IMG/VR virus record: IMGVR_UViG_3300010157_000016
Span: 1-35,893 of that record
DNA length: 35,893 bases
Source: a virus
Direction: 5' to 3' (one strand)
The translations under genes and the position numbers were made by a program. The notes below the pieces were generated by a model. The model worked only from the letters and a program-made list of their open reading frames with translations. It did no database searches and was not told where the DNA came from. The stretch's first letter is position 1, and the number at the start of each line of letters is the position of its first letter. Below, in pieces: positions 1 to 8,303 of the stretch.

Positions 1-110
1 GAGTGTTCGTATCGGCAAGCATGTCCCCGCGCTGGCGAGCATAAAGCTGGTCTTGCCGGTCATTTTTAGTGTTCGTATCGGCAAGCATGTCCCCGCGCTG
101 GCGAGCATAA
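1..110. repeat. Terminal overlap, copy 1 (identical to 35784..35893); the window closes into a circle, or the genome is permuted or terminally redundant
   Basis: Direct comparison of both ends gives 110/110 identical. The overlap lies inside a 66-bp tandem repeat with units starting at nt 2 and 68 (also 35785 and 35851). Confidence 0.95.
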
Positions 111-703
111 AGCTGGTCTTGCCGGTTATTTGAGCTGTTTTGCTTGATCTGGTCCATTGCCGTAGATAGCCCAAGACGCGCTGTATCTGGGTTTGTTGCC
201 AGAATGCGGGCCATAGCGGACATATCGCCGGATGATGCCTTTGTTGGCCCGCCATCAACGGCGATGCCCGTCTGCATAAATCCGCCGGCGGGCATCTGGG
301 CGGGGGTTGCACCTAGAGCAGATCCGCTCTGCGCATTGCCGCTATTGCCCATATTGGCGAAAGCCGGTGGGGTGTCGTAATGATCGAGGCTTGGGCCATA
401 TCCGCCTGTCGGGCTGGCCTGTGTTGGTGACCCCGCTTGCAGGGCTTGAGCGAGAGTGCTGGAATAATTCTTCTTCGCCTGATCTGCCTCATCTTGAAGC
501 TTGTTCATCGCGTAAGCGCCGCTCAAACCCCTCAAAACATTGGTCAATGCCGCCGCCCATCCATTTTGAGCAGGGGCCGCGTTCGACGCTCCAGCCAGCA
601 ACTGTTGGGCTATCGCCTTGCGTACGTCAAAGGTGCTGCCATTGGGGCCGCTTCCGCTATCTCCACTGCCTGAAAATAGATTGTTGATATTTCCCCATTC
701 CAT
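1..703 (-). CDS. Virion (internal/ejection-type?) protein, N-terminal part. The ORF runs off the window start and continues at 34939..35893.
   Basis: ATG at 703 (MEWGNINNLFSG...). Hand translation of this minus frame shows no stop down to nt 1. It is in phase with ORF 34939..35871 once nt 1-110 are superposed on 35784-35893 (about 515 aa in total). Composition is G/S/A/Q/N-rich. Confidence 0.6.
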   Translation of the reverse strand, partial: MEWGNINNLFSGSGDSGSGPNGSTFDVRKAIAQQLLAGASNAAPAQNGWAAALTNVLRGLSGAYAMNKLQDEADQAKKNYSSTLAQALQAGSPTQASPTGGYGPSLDHYDTPPAFANMGNSGNAQSGSALGATPAQMPAGGFMQTGIAVDGGPTKASSGDMSAMARILATNPDTARLGLSTAMDQIKQNSSNNRQDQLYARQRGDMLADTNTKNDRQDQLYARQRGDMLADTNT

Positions 704-745
704 CACAACACCCCTTTCAAAACGAGCCAAGCCCCATCCGTGGCA

Positions 746-1663
746 TTAGCCGAAGAACGTAGCCCCCGCCATAGCGCCCTGACCCAAAAGACCCGCAAGC
801 TGCCCATTTCTAGCGGCAGAGTTTTGGTTGTTGGCGTTCCATGCGGAAAGATTGCCGTTATAGCTGTTGTAAATATTGCCCGCGATGTTTGATGGCTGCA
901 TATTGTAACTGGATGTCGGCCCCTGTGGAATCCCGATTGCTGGCCGTCCCTGCAAGATGGCGGACAGCTCATTCAGCGGCTGACTGCGTTGCATGAGTAG
1001 GTCCGACACACTTTGTTGGTGCGCAGTTTGACCAAGGCCAAATAGGCGGGATTGTTCGTTTCCGCCAGCCGCAATCGCATTATTCATGGCGGTTTGATAG
1101 GTATCCGCCTTCTGCCGATTGTAATTGTCCATCGCATTATTATAGGCGGTTGATCCCTGCGTTATCCCTTGATTGGCAAGCAGGCTATCCAAGGCCGTCT
1201 GGCTCTGGGCAAACTGCGGATCAAGCCGAGACGCCTGCTGATTATAAACCGAATCGCGGACGTTGTTGGCGTCGCCCACAAGGTCGCTGGCATTATATGC
1301 CGGGGTGGATGCGCCGATATTAAATGGCTGCTGCTGCCCAAGTTGATCTGAAAGCCCCAGCCCGATCTTGCTCAAGTTGCTTAATTGGGCCTGCCCATCA
1401 GGTGATAATGTCGTGATCTGCGTCCGGTTGGGCGTGCCGATGTCGCCGCTCCATGTAACCGATCCGTTCGGGCCTTGTGTGTTGTATTGATTGTATTTGG
1501 CGGATGTCTTTATGGCGTCAAGATTGGCCTGAGACTGAGCCTGAGCGACGGCGTAGGGGTCCGGCGCTGCTGGAGCGCTGCCGCCGCCGCCCTTGCCCTG
1601 CTGCTGCTGGCAGGGTTGATCCATCCATATAATATCATTGGTTTTTAGGCTATCCATCTGCAA
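746..1663 (-). CDS. Q/N/G/A-rich virion protein (internal/ejection-type?), 305 aa
   Basis: Long ORF in the structural operon with low-complexity Q/N-rich composition like its neighbours. No catalytic motif seen. Confidence 0.6.
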   Translation of the reverse strand: MQMDSLKTNDIIWMDQPCQQQQGKGGGGSAPAAPDPYAVAQAQSQANLDAIKTSAKYNQYNTQGPNGSVTWSGDIGTPNRTQITTLSPDGQAQLSNLSKIGLGLSDQLGQQQPFNIGASTPAYNASDLVGDANNVRDSVYNQQASRLDPQFAQSQTALDSLLANQGITQGSTAYNNAMDNYNRQKADTYQTAMNNAIAAGGNEQSRLFGLGQTAHQQSVSDLLMQRSQPLNELSAILQGRPAIGIPQGPTSSYNMQPSNIAGNIYNSYNGNLSAWNANNQNSAARNGQLAGLLGQGAMAGATFFG

Positions 1664-2067
1664 TCCTCTTTCAGCAATCCATAGCTGACGGAGGTTGCTC
1701 CATCGATTCGCGCCTTAGGGTGCGCCCCCTCCTGCTTGAAGCCAATGCCGCTCATTAATTTTATCGCTCTGTTGCTGTCAACAGAACAAACGGCAGTGAC
1801 TCTGGCGCATCCAAGCTGGACAAAAGGATAGTGAAAAAGCGCCCTTAAAACACCACGTTGAATCCATCTTGGATTTTCTGTGGCGATAGACATTTCTATA
1901 TCACATTTACGGTAATTGTGAAATACCACAACACCAATCAAGGCCCCATCAAGATCCATGCCAATGGAAGCGCATCTTCCGAACCCCCCGGCCCCCTTGG
2001 CCTCTGGTAGCCGGTCTTCTGCCCATTGCTGTAATCCGTCCTGATTCTCAAAAACCAGCCGGATCAC
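1645..2067 (-). CDS. GNAT-family N-acetyltransferase-like protein, 140 aa
   Basis: GNAT-like layout: LIGVVVFHNY..., then RGVLRALFHYPFVQLGCARV, then KLMSGIGFKQEG. ATGA-type overlap with the upstream gene at 2064-2067. Confidence 0.55.
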   Translation of the reverse strand: MIRLVFENQDGLQQWAEDRLPEAKGAGGFGRCASIGMDLDGALIGVVVFHNYRKCDIEMSIATENPRWIQRGVLRALFHYPFVQLGCARVTAVCSVDSNRAIKLMSGIGFKQEGAHPKARIDGATSVSYGLLKEDCRWIA

Positions 2068-3587
2068 AATATTCCTCCAGCCTCATAAACAAAATCAGTC
2101 GATCTCATTGTAAGAGACATGCCGCCGACGCTCACACGAACATGCAGAGTGGCGCAATAACCGACTCCTGTGACCGACTGCCAATCCTTGCTTATTGCCT
2201 CAGCCGCCGCCCATGTTCCAATGCCCCACACGGCGCTACCCCAAGTTCCTCCACTAGGGGCCGAGGTTGATGGTGTCGCGCTTGATATGCTGTCATCAAA
2301 ATCAAGATTCATATCAAGGGAGACCGCCACAGATCCGGAGGCGCTAAATACCGGGCGGGCCATCTTGAAAAGCTTCTGCCTCCCCGTTTCACCAAAGTAC
2401 GAGAACGCGGGCTTTACATCAGCATAGATGGCGTTACCGTTGTCATAATACCCATTGTCAAACAAATAAACCTTGCCGTCAGTCCCGCCAAAATAAGCGT
2501 TATCCTTGTACACAACCCAGCAATTGGCATTCATCCCGGTAAAGCGGCACGCCGCCCCAGTGATATTGTTGAATACATATTGATAGGCCGTCTTGTTGTA
2601 AACCGCCGGGATATTAAATATCAGCATCGGCCCCTTGGGATAAAGCAGGGGTTGCCAGCCAAAATTAGAGCCGTAAGATCTGATCGCGTTATTGACGGCA
2701 GTGTTGATTTTTTCAGAGATGGAGACGGCTCCAGCCCCCAGTCTATCGATTGGCAGGACACGCGAGAGCTGAACAAACCCGTCTTGAGTGATGATGGCGG
2801 CGTCAGAGGCGAGCTTCATTGCAAACCGCGTCCCGATGGGCTTGCCGATTCGGTATGTGCCGACTCTGGCCCAGGTTGTTGCGCTACTTGGATCAATCCC
2901 CTGATAAACGGCAACTTCGCCCTCGGATGTCATAAATACGCAGAGGTCCTGCATCCCGCCGCCACCGTCTCTGGACCATGTGACCATCCCCGCCAGATAC
3001 CCGCCGAGGCGGAACGTCCCCGAGAGATCAAACGATGACGCGGCTCCGCCGATGGTATTGACCGGCATATACCAAAATTTAAGACTGTTTTTCTCGCCAA
3101 ATAATAAGCGGGACTGTGCGACATTGATCCACGCTAGATTGTTGAGCGTCGGCCCGGTTATGGTGGTTGCTGCCCAATTTGTGCCGTCGAAAATCTGGGG
3201 GGCGTCGCTTCCATTGACGCAGATTAAAAATGCGCCTCCAGCCGTCCCGAAATTCACATACTCCCATCTATTTGACGCCAGACTGGAGACGGCAGCCGCA
3301 CCAACAGCGCCTGTCGATGACACGTCATAAATTCCGCCGTTTCCACAGGCAAACATCTTGGACGCGCTGCCAGATGTGTAGGTCATCAGGGTTTCAACGG
3401 CACCAGATCCAATCCCCGTCGCATAGGAGGTAAATCCGGGCCGAACCTTGATTTGGTCGGTCGATGGAAACCAGTTGTCCATAACAATAGCATCAGTTTC
3501 CGGCATATCCGCCAGAGCGTCACGAGCGTTCCAGCCGCCTACGGGAGCCGCCCGGCTGGATGATCTGGTTTGCGGTTGCGAGGGCAT
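2064..3587 (-). CDS. Virion/tail-associated structural protein, 507 aa (function not assignable)
   Basis: Large ORF in the tail part of the structural operon, beta-rich G/A/S/T composition, start coupled to the upstream stop at 3587. Confidence 0.6.
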   Translation of the reverse strand: MPSQPQTRSSSRAAPVGGWNARDALADMPETDAIVMDNWFPSTDQIKVRPGFTSYATGIGSGAVETLMTYTSGSASKMFACGNGGIYDVSSTGAVGAAAVSSLASNRWEYVNFGTAGGAFLICVNGSDAPQIFDGTNWAATTITGPTLNNLAWINVAQSRLLFGEKNSLKFWYMPVNTIGGAASSFDLSGTFRLGGYLAGMVTWSRDGGGGMQDLCVFMTSEGEVAVYQGIDPSSATTWARVGTYRIGKPIGTRFAMKLASDAAIITQDGFVQLSRVLPIDRLGAGAVSISEKINTAVNNAIRSYGSNFGWQPLLYPKGPMLIFNIPAVYNKTAYQYVFNNITGAACRFTGMNANCWVVYKDNAYFGGTDGKVYLFDNGYYDNGNAIYADVKPAFSYFGETGRQKLFKMARPVFSASGSVAVSLDMNLDFDDSISSATPSTSAPSGGTWGSAVWGIGTWAAAEAISKDWQSVTGVGYCATLHVRVSVGGMSLTMRSTDFVYEAGGIL

Positions 3588-4288
3588 CAGCCGAAGTTTC
3601 CCTCTGGAACATTGATTTGCAGCAGGCTGCTTGTGCGGCTCCCTGCCGTAAGGGTTGGGGACCCCTCCTGTGACGCCGACGCCTTGGCTTTCTCGTCAAG
3701 GTATTGCTGATAAGCACCCTCCCAAGTCGACAGGCCCTTTGTCTTGAGCCATCGCCATGTTATCCCCTTCGACATGAGCGTCTCTGGAATGATGCCAATA
3801 TCGGTATCATCTGCCCATGAGCTGCGTTTGGTTGATCCATCCGAGGACGAACACCATTTATTTGACAGGTATTCATAGGCAACGGTTTCGCCTGCTGTTG
3901 GCGATGGCGTTATTAAAATCTGTGATCCTCGAACCCGAAACCAGTAATTTACCGTTGCCGCCAGATTGAGCGCTTGCCGGGCCTGCCATTCTTGCGCCGT
4001 GATTGGCCCGAATATCTTTCTTCGCCGCGTCCGGTTATACATTGAATCGTCAACGAATCGGTCAAAGTCAACAGGGATTGCGCTGGTTTGCGCCGCCTGT
4101 GCCAGTGTCGTAAAGGTCGTCTCTGTGATGATCTCCTGCCACTGAACGGCACGAGCCAGCTCCTGCCCCTCTTGATTGGCGAGAACCAGAAGCTCTTTAT
4201 ATTTCAGATCGGTATTGGTGATAATCGTTGATGGTACTGCAAGTCCGATGCGGGTAGCTGCGTCCTGAACCATGCTTAAAAGAGACAT
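3587..4288 (-). CDS. Structural protein, 233 aa (adaptor or tail-tubular-type position)
   Basis: ORF between head and tail genes. Called by synteny only. Confidence 0.55.
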   Translation of the reverse strand: MSLLSMVQDAATRIGLAVPSTIITNTDLKYKELLVLANQEGQELARAVQWQEIITETTFTTLAQAAQTSAIPVDFDRFVDDSMYNRTRRRKIFGPITAQEWQARQALNLAATVNYWFRVRGSQILITPSPTAGETVAYEYLSNKWCSSSDGSTKRSSWADDTDIGIIPETLMSKGITWRWLKTKGLSTWEGAYQQYLDEKAKASASQEGSPTLTAGSRTSSLLQINVPEGNFG

Positions 4289-4303
4289 GCCACCCTCACC
4301 AAA

Positions 4304-4540
4304 TTAACGATGTGATGCCTTATAGGCCAAGTCCTCAATAACGGCATTGAGGCGATCAATTTCCATCAGAGAGCCAGCGTAAAGAGCCTCTAGCGCTGGA
4401 AGCGTCCAATGGTAGGTGTCGGCAATAGGCAGATCTGGCGTTGCAACAAATCCCTGAACGTCATCAGTTGTCAGCGCCGGAACTGATTCTATGGTTGATG
4501 CCATCACGTCAACCAATCCGTCTTCTAAAAATTCACCCAT
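4304..4540 (-). CDS. Small acidic hypothetical protein, 78 aa
   Basis: ORF fills the gap in the structural operon. Confidence 0.5.
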   Translation of the reverse strand: MGEFLEDGLVDVMASTIESVPALTTDDVQGFVATPDLPIADTYHWTLPALEALYAGSLMEIDRLNAVIEDLAYKASHR

Positions 4541-4550
4541 GATTTCGTCC

Positions 4551-5168
4551 TCAAGCCGCTTTGCGGGATTTACGTCCCGATTCGTCGTCGTCCTTTTCTG
4601 GGGCCGTCAATGCGTCAACCTGAGCCGTGAGGTGGGCAATCATTTCCCTTAATTCCTCGTTCTCAGCAGCCATTCGGGTAACAGGCTCCAAGCCCGCCGC
4701 CTTATCAAGATAGCCTTTCGCCGCGTCTCGCATGACGCGACCGCCGAGGCCAATCTCTGGCAGTGTCTGATCTGAAACGCTGGACAGGGCCTCGATATTG
4801 TGGATGCCAACTTCTTTCAAAGTGGCGATCTGGGACCGGTCCAAGATGTGCAATTCGTCAAGTGGCGTACCGGCGTGACCTTCTGCATTTCCAGCTTCCC
4901 AAGATTTTAATTGCTCATGGAACCGCTCTCGAACCTCGTAATGGATCACCTCTCCGCCTTCGCGCCTGCGTTCTATGACGTGGCTGGCGATCTGGTTTTT
5001 AGCGCCGGGAGACTGGATGTAAACCCAAAGAATATCATCATAAACAGGCCTGCCATGAGCTTCGGACGCGCTGTTATTGCGCTCGCTATCCCATTCAAAC
5101 CAAATGACATTAAACCCCTGCTCATCAGGATGCTTGTGTTTCATCATCGGTGATTTTCGGTCGGTCAT
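4551..5168 (-). CDS. Hypothetical head-module protein, 205 aa
   Basis: ORF downstream of the capsid genes with a C-terminal coiled-coil-like, charged tail. Confidence 0.6.
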   Translation of the reverse strand: MTDRKSPMMKHKHPDEQGFNVIWFEWDSERNNSASEAHGRPVYDDILWVYIQSPGAKNQIASHVIERRREGGEVIHYEVRERFHEQLKSWEAGNAEGHAGTPLDELHILDRSQIATLKEVGIHNIEALSSVSDQTLPEIGLGGRVMRDAAKGYLDKAAGLEPVTRMAAENEELREMIAHLTAQVDALTAPEKDDDESGRKSRKAA

Positions 5169-5224
5169 GGGCGTTCCTTTGACGTTAGAGATGTGGGAGG
5201 GGCGCGAACCCCTCCCGTTGGTAA

Positions 5225-5734
5225 TTAGGCCAGAATGACGCCAGCCAGATTGCTTGCTTCCGCCGTGGTGGCAGTGATGCCGCCGCCAGATGCCGCCAGC
5301 ACGCGCTGCACTTCGCCTTGGGCGGGGGATGCAGAAATCGTGATGGTTGAAAGCTGACCTGCGGTTGAGGACGAACCAAGGGCGGCACCAGCCGCCGTGC
5401 TGGTAGCGACCGAGGCAGCGGAAACAGGACCCTGCACAACTATCCAGCCATAAGAGCCGGAGGCGATAGCGATGGGAGCGATACCTGCTACCGACTGATT
5501 GACCGCCGACGTTGGTTTAACGGCATTTGGAACCGATGCCGAGGCCGTATCCATCTGCAATGCCTGCCCAGCGGTAATCGTGCCGGTAGCCAAAACATAG
5601 CGATACAACGCGCCATCATTTCCAATGACCTCAGTGCCCAAAACGTGAGGCACATTCTGGTTGGGTCCGTTGTAGGGCGAGGTGTCAACATTATTGACGT
5701 TGACTCCAAGCATTTTTTGAGCATTAAAAGCCAT
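5225..5734 (-). CDS. Head-associated protein, 169 aa (decoration/cement-type position)
   Basis: Immediately follows the major capsid gene. A/G/S/T-rich and beta-rich. Called by synteny. Confidence 0.55.
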   Translation of the reverse strand: MAFNAQKMLGVNVNNVDTSPYNGPNQNVPHVLGTEVIGNDGALYRYVLATGTITAGQALQMDTASASVPNAVKPTSAVNQSVAGIAPIAIASGSYGWIVVQGPVSAASVATSTAAGAALGSSSTAGQLSTITISASPAQGEVQRVLAASGGGITATTAEASNLAGVILA

Positions 5735-5756
5735 AATTTATAACCCTTTCAAGTGC

Positions 5757-6728
5757 TTAGGCAATCAACACGCCGTTGAATTTTGGGCCGCTGGTCGTCA
5801 GATTCCCGGCCCAGCCGATGAGCTTTACCAGAGCGTCTTGATTGACCGAAAAACGATCCCCGCCGATTGGCGTCATGTTCCGCTCTTTGTGAGGGCGGAA
5901 AAAGACATATTTAGAGTTGATGAAATACATATGATTGGCTGGAGCTGAGCCGCCAACACCACCATCAAGAACGACATCGGCGTTCATATACTTAAGGTTC
6001 ATAAACCCGGCAGAGGCCAACTTCTCATTGGTGATGCGCTGGATTGACTGTAGGCTTTCCAGATATAGACGCCAATAGTTATTGTCGGCAACGATCAAAT
6101 CTGGAGCATCGCGACCACGAACCAACTGCACATATAGGCGGTTCATATAGCTCTGGATGTTGGCCGAGGTGACAGCGCCCGAACCATCGGACGTGCCGCT
6201 AAACTTGATGTTGCGAAAAAACGACCAAGTGGCGCGGTTGATTCCGCCCACTGTGCCGGTGCTTGGGGCGTCGGCGATCAGCAATTGCAATCCGCCAATC
6301 TGCTTGCCGCCGTCTGCTGTTCCGTCCGAATAAACATCGGTAGACAGGCCGTTGATCATGCTGTTTTCGGCATTCTCAATGCGGGCTTCAAGTAGGTCAA
6401 TGATCTGCTCAGGGCCGCTGTTCAACAACTCTTCGAGGCCGGAAATGCTGACGGATACAGCAACCTGTTTGATGTCAAATTCAGCGGCGGTGAACACGTC
6501 CTGTGGAGAAATGTCCAGAACATCATAGCCGCTATAGCGTTTGTATGAGCCATTCTGAGCATATTGCAGCTCTTGGACGATGGTACGACCGCCAGATACG
6601 GGCTTCACGTTGCTGCGCTCTTTCAGCCGATAGAGCAAGACGGTGTTGTTGGTCACGTTGTCGGACAATACGCCAGTGCGATTGCGCAGTGTAGTTGTGA
6701 CAATTTCCGAAAGATTAGGAGATGGCAT
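5757..6728 (-). CDS. Major capsid protein (323 aa)
   Basis: Follows the scaffold-like gene. Size and non-repetitive composition are typical of HK97-fold capsid proteins. Called by synteny; no search run. Confidence 0.7.
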   Translation of the reverse strand: MPSPNLSEIVTTTLRNRTGVLSDNVTNNTVLLYRLKERSNVKPVSGGRTIVQELQYAQNGSYKRYSGYDVLDISPQDVFTAAEFDIKQVAVSVSISGLEELLNSGPEQIIDLLEARIENAENSMINGLSTDVYSDGTADGGKQIGGLQLLIADAPSTGTVGGINRATWSFFRNIKFSGTSDGSGAVTSANIQSYMNRLYVQLVRGRDAPDLIVADNNYWRLYLESLQSIQRITNEKLASAGFMNLKYMNADVVLDGGVGGSAPANHMYFINSKYVFFRPHKERNMTPIGGDRFSVNQDALVKLIGWAGNLTTSGPKFNGVLIA

Positions 6729-6746
6729 TATAAAGTTTCCTTAATA

Positions 6747-7877
6747 TCAAATGCGGGAACCTGAGCCGGTAAATGCTCTGGTCAATTCCGCACGAAGGTT
6801 GGGGGCTGGCGCTGAACCAGAGGAGGATGACCCCATTCCTGGAGCGCCGTTAACTGAAATAGCCGCAGATTTTGCCTTTGCCGCCTGCTCTTGGGCAGCC
6901 TGAACATTGCGCTGTGACGATGTTGCTTGCTGTTCAGCGAGGACACGTGAGCGAATGGACGGGTTAGCATAAACAGCCATGTCATAGGCGTCTTGGAGGT
7001 CTTTAGCTTGTCCGCTATCCAAGAGCGTGCCCATTAGATACCGGACATCCTCAAAATAGGGCTTGTCTGCCTTAAATCGCTCAACCTGAGCCAGCAACGC
7101 ATTGTTTTGCGATTCCTGCTGTTCCTGTGTCTGAGTCGAGAGGGTCCCTTCGAGCTGCTGGACTTTCTGCAAAAGAGTTTGAATGGTCGGGTCGGTAGGT
7201 TGTGCGCGAAACTGCGCTGCTTGCGCGAGGTCAATACCGAACTGGTCGGCGATCTGTTGGATGGCCTGAACCCGTTGCACTGGGGTGCCAGTGTGGAAAA
7301 TTGCCGAGGTTCTCAGCAGGTCGCCAATCGCTGCGCGAGGTGTCCCGCCCTTCGATTGGATTAATTGGGCATATGGTGCGATTTCGCTCCACATTTCATC
7401 AGCGAATCCCGCCTTTTGCTCGTAGGTCTGCTTGAGCTTCTCAACGCCCTCTTGCTGTTCGATAGAACGCCTAGCGATGTAGTCGCGTAACTTCGGATCG
7501 GCTTTGTTGAACAGGTCGCGGGCTTCGGCGTTCCAAGACTTGGGCGGTTCATTAACCAAGTTTTGGGCGTCGGTCTCCTTCGGCTTGTCGGCCTCTTGAG
7601 AATTAGGTTTAGCCGCGTCATCTGGCTTTTTGGTCGGGTCTGCGGGCTTATCGTCTTTTTTGGCAAACTTGCCTTGATCATCACGCGATCTGTCGTCGGG
7701 CTTGGCGTCTGGAGTCGTCCCGCCATGCTCAGAAGATGGCGATTCGGGAGTTTGGTCAACCCGAATCGCCGCTTCAAGCTCATCACGCAATGACAGGCTC
7801 TCCTCAGAATTTACAGACTGGTTTCCACTTACTTCGTCCAGAATCCAATACTCCATTAAAGGATATTGCGCTATCAC
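6747..7877 (-). CDS. Scaffolding protein (376 aa; start may be the internal ATG at 7856)
   Basis: Highly charged, D/E/K/Q/A/P-rich, coiled-coil-like. Located between portal and capsid genes. Confidence 0.65.
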   Translation of the reverse strand: MIAQYPLMEYWILDEVSGNQSVNSEESLSLRDELEAAIRVDQTPESPSSEHGGTTPDAKPDDRSRDDQGKFAKKDDKPADPTKKPDDAAKPNSQEADKPKETDAQNLVNEPPKSWNAEARDLFNKADPKLRDYIARRSIEQQEGVEKLKQTYEQKAGFADEMWSEIAPYAQLIQSKGGTPRAAIGDLLRTSAIFHTGTPVQRVQAIQQIADQFGIDLAQAAQFRAQPTDPTIQTLLQKVQQLEGTLSTQTQEQQESQNNALLAQVERFKADKPYFEDVRYLMGTLLDSGQAKDLQDAYDMAVYANPSIRSRVLAEQQATSSQRNVQAAQEQAAKAKSAAISVNGAPGMGSSSSGSAPAPNLRAELTRAFTGSGSRI

Positions 7878-7943
7878 AGCACTATTTACTCAAAGTACAC
7901 AAAATCTGGTGGTATTACAATGCACACCACAATAAATAGTTTA

Positions 7944-8303
7944 TTACAGCATCCCCATGCTACGCTTTATCGCCTCAACGCGGTCCCGTTTAGTCATAGA
8001 TTTTAGGTTTGGCGCAGACTTTGGCATAGGCTGATCACCAACCTCAATGCAGCCGTGGGCCTTTGTCCATCTTCTAAACTCTGATTTGCTCGCCGTGTGA
8101 CTCCCCTCTGCCGGATGGAATAGCCCGTTGTGACCATCACCGGCATAATCAGAAATCACCGTCAGATTTGGCCCGCTGTGGCGACTATCATAATCCGCAA
8201 TCCAATGATCGAGATAGGTTTCGGCGTCTTCTGGTGTAGTCATGATGTCACGCAAAAAACACCACTGTTTTAGCTCGCCATCGAGCATGATTGGTTTAGA
8301 CAT
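7944..8303 (-). CDS. Hypothetical protein, 119 aa
   Basis: ORF overlaps the portal stop by 8 nt and is in the same operon. Confidence 0.55.
   Translation of the reverse strand: MSKPIMLDGELKQWCFLRDIMTTPEDAETYLDHWIADYDSRHSGPNLTVISDYAGDGHNGLFHPAEGSHTASKSEFRRWTKAHGCIEVGDQPMPKSAPNLKSMTKRDRVEAIKRSMGML

Noticed and set aside
144-687. Plus-strand ORFs of 78, 126 and 78 aa at the window start
   Set aside because: They are antisense to the open minus-strand frame that joins the virion gene at the other end of the window. No start signals were seen.
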